7,642 nt of DNA. It comes from Candidatus Heimdallarchaeota archaeon B3_Heim. GTDB taxonomy: Archaea > Asgardarchaeota > Heimdallarchaeia > Hodarchaeales > Hodarchaeaceae. Where the stretch lies: positions 1-7,642 of the forward strand of contig NJBF01000009.1 in assembly GCA_003144275.1 (NCBI GenBank). Direction: 5' to 3'. The first letter of the stretch is position 1, and every line of letters starts with the position of its first letter. Shown one piece after another: positions 1-5,863 of the stretch. A model generated the notes under the pieces. That model did not search any database. It was not told the origin of the DNA and saw only the letters and a program-made list of their open reading frames with translations. Position numbers and translations under genes: made by a program.

Positions 1-92
1 TTTGCACAGGTACATAAATCCATAAAAATGGGCCGGGGTTTCATCTGCATACGGATAGTCAATTGTGGTTGAGGGTGTTTTTTGGTGCGCAT
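1..92 (-). CDS. Possible 5' end of a gene running off the window edge (MRTKKHPQPQLTIRMQMKPRPIFMDLCTCA...)
   Basis: ATG at 92, a purine-rich GAGTGGGA just upstream and a TATA-like CTTATAAG at 119-126. The frame is open to the window edge, but a second frame is also open and no domain is recognisable. Confidence 0.25.
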   Translation of the reverse strand, partial: MRTKKHPQPQLTIRMQMKPRPIFMDLCTCA

Positions 93-215
93 TCCCACTC
101 TTTTAGGGAGCTTCCCCTCTTATAAGTTTGTAACCGAGAGAGAGCGGTGAAAATGACGAATATGACGAAAATCAACGCTTCTGTTTTTCGAAAAGTAATA
201 AGTTGTCGGACAAAT

Positions 216-1202
216 TCAACCATGGGCTTGTATCAAAAGAACTGAACTCATAGGAATAGTAATAGGTCTTTTTGAAGCTTTTCCAGCCAATACGACAAAT
301 AATTGATCATCTTCAGAATCAATTCTTTCTATATGTGCTTTTTGCCCTCTATAGGGTCCATCAACAATTTTAATTAAATCGTTGACATGGAGACCCTTTT
401 CAAGAGTTTTTTTGATATGTGCAAACGTTTTTATTCCAAATCGCAAATGAATGCGGAAATTCAAACGTCTCTCTGGTATTCCCATGAAAATTTGTTTTTG
501 TAATCCACGGAGGATCGATAAATCAGATAATGAGTCAGTTAAAGCCCGGATTGTCGGGTATTCAGAGATTTGACTCTCTATTGTATCTAGATCAACAGAA
601 TTAGCATTATTGGATGCTGAGTATACCATGTTTAAATTCTTTGTATCAGAAATTTGTGCCTGATCGACATACGTTTGAAAAGAAAAGCGAGATGTTAGTA
701 ATGGTGGAATTATTCGATCTAGAGAACTAAACAAATGGATAAGTGACAATGGAGATCGGGGATTATGGCTTTCCAAAATTAAACGTTTTCTGCACAATAG
801 TAATTCAACAAGTTTTGATGGTATTGGTAAAGGCTCAATACTCTCAAAATCATCATACTGAAGAAGACGATTTCCTGCTACCGCTAAGCTATTATTAAAT
901 AATGGTGAAATAAAATATAAGGCTGATTTTTCGTTATAGAGGGAATTATCAATAATTAATGTATGCGTCTTTATTGCTTTTCTACCAAATTGATCAGTAC
1001 CATCATCAAAAGTAAATCTCAAACCAATTTTTCCTGAACTATGCAGAAATTTTGTCAAATATACCTCATTGAATTTGCTGGGAGGTTTTTTGGGTATATA
1101 TTGCGATAAATCTTGGATCTGACTTTTTGTAATCGTCGCAGCTACAACATCCAAACCCTTTGGGGGATTATTCCTCACAATTACCTGATGAATGCTAGTC
1201 AT
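216..1202 (-). CDS. DENN/GAP1-like GTPase-associated protein with a C-terminal Spt5/NusG-like KOW domain (328 aa)
   Basis: N-terminal DGTDQFGRKAIKTHTLII resembles the D-x-x-G-R...H motif of GAP1-N/uDENN-like domains. Middle ELLLCRKRLILES...LDRIIPPLLTSRFSFQTY resembles cDENN/GAP1-M. aa 270-325 (GLHVNDLIKIVDGPYRGQKAHIERID...RPITIPMSSV) match the archaeal Spt5 KOW pattern. The gene starts 26 bp after the GTPase stop. Confidence 0.7.
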   Translation of the reverse strand: MTSIHQVIVRNNPPKGLDVVAATITKSQIQDLSQYIPKKPPSKFNEVYLTKFLHSSGKIGLRFTFDDGTDQFGRKAIKTHTLIIDNSLYNEKSALYFISPLFNNSLAVAGNRLLQYDDFESIEPLPIPSKLVELLLCRKRLILESHNPRSPLSLIHLFSSLDRIIPPLLTSRFSFQTYVDQAQISDTKNLNMVYSASNNANSVDLDTIESQISEYPTIRALTDSLSDLSILRGLQKQIFMGIPERRLNFRIHLRFGIKTFAHIKKTLEKGLHVNDLIKIVDGPYRGQKAHIERIDSEDDQLFVVLAGKASKRPITIPMSSVLLIQAHG

Positions 1203-1228
1203 AGACAGTCCAGTTCATTAATGCTACT

Positions 1229-1855
1229 TTAATACAAAGCTTGTTTACACTTCTCAAATATATAATCAATTTTTTCGTAAGGAGAGTCTTGAACACTAAT
1301 ATATACTCGTTCAAATACAGCAAAAGGAAATGTCATCTTGAAATCCTTGATGACAGTTTCAAAATTGTCTAAAAATTTGCTAGCTTGGGTTTCATCATAG
1401 TTTATTGTATCTATCTTATTGACTACGAAGACGAACAAGGTTTTCTTTTTTCGTGCTTTCTTATCGGCTTTATCTGGATCCAAACTTAAACTATCAAGGA
1501 AATAATTAAATGAATCTTCCATAGCAACACGTTGAGCTTCCACAGGTTGAGAAGGATCAAGCATAAAGAGAATTCCATCAGTTTTATATCTACGCATGGC
1601 TTCACGCCATTTTCGTCTTAATTTAAAGTCACCAGGATTATCTACAGCAATAATATTGTATTTACGATAACGTTCTAATGAAATTTTTGATTGTTTGGCC
1701 GCAGATAAAAGAACCATTTTTTTTTTCTCAATAACAATATCCATCGTCTTTTCAGTGGCTGCGGAGTCCTCGCCCTTTAATCTTTTTATCAGACTAGTCT
1801 TCCCAACGCCAGTGTGCCCTAAAATAGTCAATCTAATGTCTCTATCTAGTACCAT
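1229..1855 (-). CDS. Small Ras-superfamily GTPase, Arf-like (208 aa)
   Basis: G1 GHTGVGKTS, G2 TEKT, G3 DNPG followed by Arf-like FKLRRKW, G4 NKID and a degenerate G5 ISVQ. SD-like AGGGTGG lies 6 nt before the ATG. Confidence 0.9.
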   Translation of the reverse strand: MVLDRDIRLTILGHTGVGKTSLIKRLKGEDSAATEKTMDIVIEKKKMVLLSAAKQSKISLERYRKYNIIAVDNPGDFKLRRKWREAMRRYKTDGILFMLDPSQPVEAQRVAMEDSFNYFLDSLSLDPDKADKKARKKKTLFVFVVNKIDTINYDETQASKFLDNFETVIKDFKMTFPFAVFERVYISVQDSPYEKIDYIFEKCKQALY

Positions 1856-1861
1856 GAGTAG

Positions 1862-1868
1862 CCACCCT
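1862..1868 (-). promoter_or_regulatory. Shine-Dalgarno-like site of the GTPase gene
   Basis: AGGGTGG on the minus strand, 6 nt upstream of ATG 1855. Confidence 0.6.
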
Positions 1869-1877
1869 ATAGTAAAG

Positions 1878-1913
1878 GGCAGAAGAACTCATTAAAAAGT
1901 AAGTTCCTCTGCC
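1878..1913 (-). promoter_or_regulatory. 12-bp stem-loop in the presumed 5' leader of the GTPase operon
   Basis: Minus strand GGCAGAGGAACU-N12-AGUUCUUCUGCC. The single imperfection is a G.U wobble on the minus-strand RNA but an A.C mismatch on the plus-strand RNA. Confidence 0.6.
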
Positions 1914-1954
1914 ATAATCGTGATGAAAGCTACTAATAAGACTAACCTTATTGA

Positions 1955-2110
1955 TTAAATTACGGCTCTCAAATCAGGGAATATGGAAGACAAAAAGAAA
2001 GAATTGTACAATGGTATGAATTCGCTAATTTACTTAGAAATAACCTTTCACACAATTATTAGACAAGAGATATAGCTAGAGAAAAATTAAACTCTTTTTA
2101 GCTAATATAA
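1955..2110 (+). pseudogene. Possible decayed HEPN-domain fragment
   Basis: The frame reads LNYGSQIREYGRQKERIVQWYEFANLLRNNLSHNY*TRDIAREKLNSF*LI*. It contains an R-X4-H (RNxxxHxY) motif followed by a helix-like segment. There is no start codon and there are several stops. Confidence 0.25.
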
Positions 2111-2216
2111 ACAAGATAGTTAAAATCATAAAAAGAAGGCTTTAACATTGCAAAATCAAAGGCATTCAAAAGATATTATTCTTAAGTAACAATGGACTAA
2201 TAATTCAGGGAATATG
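1974..2216 (+). repeat. 12-bp direct repeat TCAGGGAATATG (1974-1985 and 2205-2216)
   Basis: Two exact copies 231 bp apart in the long intergenic gap. The repeat is seen directly; its function is unknown. Confidence 0.4.
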
Positions 2217-2546
2217 AAAGCGAAATACATGATCGGGGTACAATAACTCTCATTAATCAAAAATTTATGCCTTAATACAAAAATTAGGCTGACTCTAGCG
2301 AATTTACTCAAGGAAATTTGGTGAAAAAGGCAATTGAGTCAAAATACCCTCGAAGAGAAGGTTTTAAGCAAACTTTCGAGTTTAGGGAACTTACCCCTAA
2401 CTTCGCCATGAACGAGTACAAATAGTGGATATGTGGACGAATTTCGATATTGTGAGGTAAGGGCACAATTACTGAATCAGGCGAAAACAAGATAAAAATA
2501 AAAAGCCTTTTAAACATGAAGCTAGCCAATCTCTTCGTAAGAAACC

Positions 2547-2567
2547 TTCGGTACATCTCATACCGAA
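2547..2567. promoter_or_regulatory. Inverted repeat TTCGGTA-N7-TACCGAA, candidate operator
   Basis: Perfect 7-bp arms about 30 bp upstream of the TATA-like box of the AbrB/ACT gene. Confidence 0.45.
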
Positions 2568-2597
2568 AACACTTTCAAACATCGGAATACTCCCTAA

Positions 2598-2607
2598 TAA
2601 ATATAAA
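2598..2607 (+). promoter_or_regulatory. Archaeal TATA-like box (TAAATATAAA)
   Basis: Starts 33 bp upstream of ATG 2631. The same TAAATATAA motif starts 32 bp upstream of ATG 6063. Confidence 0.6.
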
Positions 2608-2630
2608 TTACGTGGAGGCATAAATTTAGA

Positions 2631-3053
2631 ATGTCTGCAGTCACAATAGCAAAAATGATCCAATTACAAGAATCAAAACCCATATCACTACCCGCAGATT
2701 TCCTGGAAACTTTGCGACCGAAAGATGTGGAGGAAAGCTCAGCAGTTATGATCCTAGCCCCTTCAACCAAAATTATCAGGATTATACCAACAAAAAGCCC
2801 TGAAGTGGTAAAAGTAGCCATTGAAATCGGTGAATTATCACCTGACTTTTTACAGGAACTGGGCGTAGTGTTCATGCGTAGTAAGATCAAGACGTTATAC
2901 AGTACAGGTCTGTGTTTCACACAGGATTCATGTACTTACGAGGGTTACCTCGATTCTAGCGACTTGACTATCTCACGAGACCAACTCCAAGACGAATTAA
3001 AGGAAATCAAGGGTGTAAGCAAGGTCGATATCACGACTTTGACCGCTGCTTAG
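2631..3053 (+). CDS. AbrB/SpoVT-like N-terminal plus ACT-like C-terminal domain protein, probable regulator (140 aa)
   Basis: N-terminal ISLPADFLETL resembles the AbrB I-x-I-P-x-E/D-x-x-x-x-L motif. The C-terminal beta-alpha-beta-beta-alpha-beta pattern ends in ACT-typical ELKEIKGVSKVDI and includes YSTGLCFTQDSCTYEGY. Confidence 0.7.
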   Translation: MSAVTIAKMIQLQESKPISLPADFLETLRPKDVEESSAVMILAPSTKIIRIIPTKSPEVVKVAIEIGELSPDFLQELGVVFMRSKIKTLYSTGLCFTQDSCTYEGYLDSSDLTISRDQLQDELKEIKGVSKVDITTLTAA

Positions 3054-3064
3054 ATTCCCGTTCG

Positions 3065-3079
3065 TCCCTTCCTCTTTTT
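3065..3079 (+). terminator. Pyrimidine/oligo-T tract, candidate archaeal terminator
   Basis: TCCCTTCCTCTTTTT begins 11 bp after the 3053 stop. Confidence 0.35.
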
Positions 3080-3256
3080 ATAGTTATAATCATCTAAAAG
3101 CGTTTTTCGGGTTATTAGTGTAAGCTTTACCCCCATTTTTTTCATTTCTTACAAATTTTTTTAATTGATCGATCTTTTACCATTTTCATTATAGATTTGA
3201 ATCGAAAACTCAAGAATTGGAGTTTAATCAGTCCAATCTAGCAGTGGTGAGAAAAA

Positions 3257-4123
3257 TTGGAGGATTTGATAGATTTGCTCCCAAAAATAATCGAAGCAAT
3301 TACACCTTTACTGATTATTATATGTTTGTTAATTCTAATCTGGTTAAGTGGAGTATTCCTTAAATCTTTTATTAGAAGGCTTCCAAAAATTCCTCCTGGT
3401 GGCAAAAATGCTCTTAATCTAGTAATTAGTATTACTCAAATTCTCATTTTTGGTTTTGTCATGTTTACAATCCTAGGAGCTAGTCAAGAAGTGATATTAG
3501 GCTTTTCTGCAATATTAGCTACAGTTGTTGGATTTGCCTCAACTTCAATCGCAACAAACGTATATGGAGGACTTTATTTAATCACAACAAGGCCGTTTCG
3601 TGTCGGCGATTTAATTCAGGCTCAAGAAGCCATTGGAATTGTTGAAGAAATTGGTTTAACCTTTACACGAATTGTACAACTAGATAAAACGATTGTAATA
3701 ATCCCTAATAGTAATTTACTAAACTTTTCGTTATTAAATTACAGCATACGATCACCTTCAGATCAGGAAAAGCAGGAAGGGATGATAACTGCGCGAGATG
3801 CAATTAAAGTAATTTCTACTGAATTATATTTTGATTCACGTTATACTAAATTGAGAAGACTGATCCAACTACAGCTAAATGCAGTTACACCTCCAATTTC
3901 TCTTACAGAAGTTAATAAGCGTTTGAAAAAAGTGTGTGAAAAATTCGCCCCAATCTTTGGTCAAGAGCCAACATACTATTTTGGAAAAAGCGATTATCGT
4001 CAAAATACCTATCTACTAATTACCGCACCAGACGCCTATACCATTTTTAATACATGGCCATATTTAATGGAGTCGATAATGGAAACAGTGTTTGTTGAAC
4101 TCCAGGAGGGAGCGTTGAATTGA
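3257..4123 (+). CDS. mscS: MscS-family mechanosensitive channel protein, paralog 1 (288 aa, TTG start)
   Basis: Three N-terminal hydrophobic segments, ATN..G....RPFRVGDLI, GIVEEIGLTFTRIVQLDKTIVIIPNSNL. A GGTGA SD lies 6 nt before the TTG. Confidence 0.9.
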   Translation: MEDLIDLLPKIIEAITPLLIIICLLILIWLSGVFLKSFIRRLPKIPPGGKNALNLVISITQILIFGFVMFTILGASQEVILGFSAILATVVGFASTSIATNVYGGLYLITTRPFRVGDLIQAQEAIGIVEEIGLTFTRIVQLDKTIVIIPNSNLLNFSLLNYSIRSPSDQEKQEGMITARDAIKVISTELYFDSRYTKLRRLIQLQLNAVTPPISLTEVNKRLKKVCEKFAPIFGQEPTYYFGKSDYRQNTYLLITAPDAYTIFNTWPYLMESIMETVFVELQEGALN

Positions 4124-4962
4124 TTCTTGCCTCATTTATTGATACTTTGACCCCAGAATTTAAATTTCTTTTTTTTATTCTAATAGTAATAGCTCTTCTC
4201 ATTATAAACTGGATTATTCAGTTTTTTCTTTCATTTCAACTTCGTAAAATTAGTAGAGTTCCCTTAGACATAGTAAATCTAATTAAAATATTTTCCAAAC
4301 TTATCACTGCACTATCAATCCTTTTTTCAATAATGGCCATCTATGGCCTTTCAGTAGAGGGAATTATCGGAGTTTCAGCGTTTTTAGGTGCAATAGTTTC
4401 ATTTGGTTCTACTCAAATGCTCAGCAATCTCTTTGTAGGTGTCTATATAATTTTTATAAGGCCTTTTGGGGTTGATGACTTTATTGCCGTTGGTAATGAA
4501 GTGCGTGGCCAGGTTGTAGAAATTTCATTAAACTATACCAAAATTAGAACAATTAACAATATTTTTCACTACATCCCAAACAAAAACTTCATGAATTCTA
4601 ATATTACACTCTATAAACAAAAAGTTGAGCGTCGAATTGGGAATACAGAGGCTCAAGCTATACAAGCTAAAAAGTCCAAGATACGAAGTATCAGATCCTT
4701 TGCGATGCAGTTGATTGAAGAAGAAGTGGTACGCTATACATTCATTTGGGGTGCTCCATTGGGAGATTTAAAAACGACAAAAGAGAAAATTCAAGAGGTT
4801 TGTGACATATATACAGGAGTATTTGGTTATAAGCCCGAATTTTTCCTCTATTCGCTAGATTATCGAATGCAGTTTAAGATAATAATTACTACCCATAGTA
4901 CAGAGCTTTTGCTCAAAAATATCATGATTTTTCGTAATGAAATAGTTGCACGTTTCCATTAG
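4120..4962 (+). CDS. mscS: MscS-family mechanosensitive channel protein, paralog 2 (280 aa, TTG start overlapping the upstream TGA)
   Basis: LSNLFVGVYIIFIRPFGVDDFI, GQVVEISLNYTKIRTINNIFHYIPNKNF. There is a TTGA start/stop overlap and a GGAGG upstream. Confidence 0.9.
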   Translation: MILASFIDTLTPEFKFLFFILIVIALLIINWIIQFFLSFQLRKISRVPLDIVNLIKIFSKLITALSILFSIMAIYGLSVEGIIGVSAFLGAIVSFGSTQMLSNLFVGVYIIFIRPFGVDDFIAVGNEVRGQVVEISLNYTKIRTINNIFHYIPNKNFMNSNITLYKQKVERRIGNTEAQAIQAKKSKIRSIRSFAMQLIEEEVVRYTFIWGAPLGDLKTTKEKIQEVCDIYTGVFGYKPEFFLYSLDYRMQFKIIITTHSTELLLKNIMIFRNEIVARFH

Positions 4963-4966
4963 GCTC

Positions 4967-5863
4967 TCAAGAAATAGATAGAATAAATGGTGTTAACAGA
5001 TCTCGAACTAGTTTTCCAGCTTTTTTTGAGTTCCACTTAAGTAGATCCATATGTGTAGCACTTGGAACAGTCAGGTTTGTGGCATGCTTTAATGGTACGC
5101 TTGAAGCATCTACAACTCCATCATTGGGGATCATTCCTACATGTAGATATGGGAATTTTCGGTTTATCCAGAATTTTCTGAAGAGAAGAGGTTGCCAAAC
5201 AGACTGTAATAGTCCAGAGGAATTTAATCCTCTCACCGTGAACCATTTTATAGATTTTTCTTCTTCTGTTAAGTTTTTATTGAGGTCAACAAGAAATTTA
5301 GACGTAGGTACCATTTGGATAAACTGAGATTTCAGAATCTGCCAATCACTCATACTCACTCCACCTCTGGGCAATTCCAGTGCTAAATTCAATCCTGTCA
5401 AAAGAATGTCTGTTGGAATATTGATTATCCGTTGTGCAAGCCTTGTTCCATGATTAGGTGTTCCTAGCAAGAAAATTCTGGAAAACCGGTATTTCCTGTC
5501 TTTAAAGGGAGCCAGATATTTGATCATTGCTCGTGTGACCAAACCCCCCATTGAATGGGCAAAAATATCGATACAAACTGGAGATGGGTGATCCTGAATT
5601 GATGAATTTATTAGATTAAGGAAATGATTGGATAACGTCTGTTCCGTTCCTGGATCGTAGATTGGAGTTTTCAAATCATAAGGACGACTGAAATCCAATC
5701 CGTATTTTGAGTTATAGTAAGATACATTTACTATATCGTCATATATATTAGGTAAAGAGGAACATGCTAGACATTTCTCGATTTCACCCATAAAACCTCT
5801 TTTTCCAGCAAAACCATGAACGAGAATTGCTATACGATCACAAGTTTTGGAGGTAACGCTCAT
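4967..5863 (-). CDS. Alpha/beta-fold hydrolase, lipase/esterase-like (298 aa)
   Basis: Oxyanion motif LVHGF, nucleophile elbow AHSMGG (S104), LLGTPNHG, NDGVV (D248) and a C-terminal His (H271). No signal peptide is evident. Confidence 0.9.
   Translation of the reverse strand: MSVTSKTCDRIAILVHGFAGKRGFMGEIEKCLACSSLPNIYDDIVNVSYYNSKYGLDFSRPYDLKTPIYDPGTEQTLSNHFLNLINSSIQDHPSPVCIDIFAHSMGGLVTRAMIKYLAPFKDRKYRFSRIFLLGTPNHGTRLAQRIINIPTDILLTGLNLALELPRGGVSMSDWQILKSQFIQMVPTSKFLVDLNKNLTEEEKSIKWFTVRGLNSSGLLQSVWQPLLFRKFWINRKFPYLHVGMIPNDGVVDASSVPLKHATNLTVPSATHMDLLKWNSKKAGKLVRDLLTPFILSIS

Noticed and set aside
1-103. Transposase start or -1 frameshift at the A6 run (78-83) linking two open frames
   Set aside because: No terminal inverted repeat or catalytic motif is visible, the slippery heptamer is not in the canonical frame, and the sequence is truncated by the window edge.
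153-245. Small plus-strand ORF (MTNMTKINASVFRK...) after GGTGA
   Set aside because: SD spacing is only 2 nt, and it overlaps the 3' end of the KOW gene antisense.
228-395. Calling the 328-aa gene spt5/nusG
   Set aside because: Only the KOW part matches and there is no NGN domain.
1229-1255. C-terminal CKQALY of the GTPase as a prenylation signal
   Set aside because: The Cys is at -6, not a CAAX or CC/CXC terminus.
1695-1895. 66-aa plus-strand ORF
   Set aside because: Antisense shadow of the GTPase gene, with no motif.
2308-2556. 82-aa minus-strand ORF
   Set aside because: No recognisable domain or RBS and an odd composition. It cannot be supported as a gene, though it is not excluded.
2469-2663. 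64-aa minus-strand ORF
   Set aside because: Overlaps the promoter and start of the AbrB/ACT gene, with no motif.
2594-2920. 108-aa minus-strand ORF
   Set aside because: Antisense shadow of the AbrB/ACT gene.
5079-5327. 82-aa plus-strand ORF
   Set aside because: Antisense shadow of the hydrolase.
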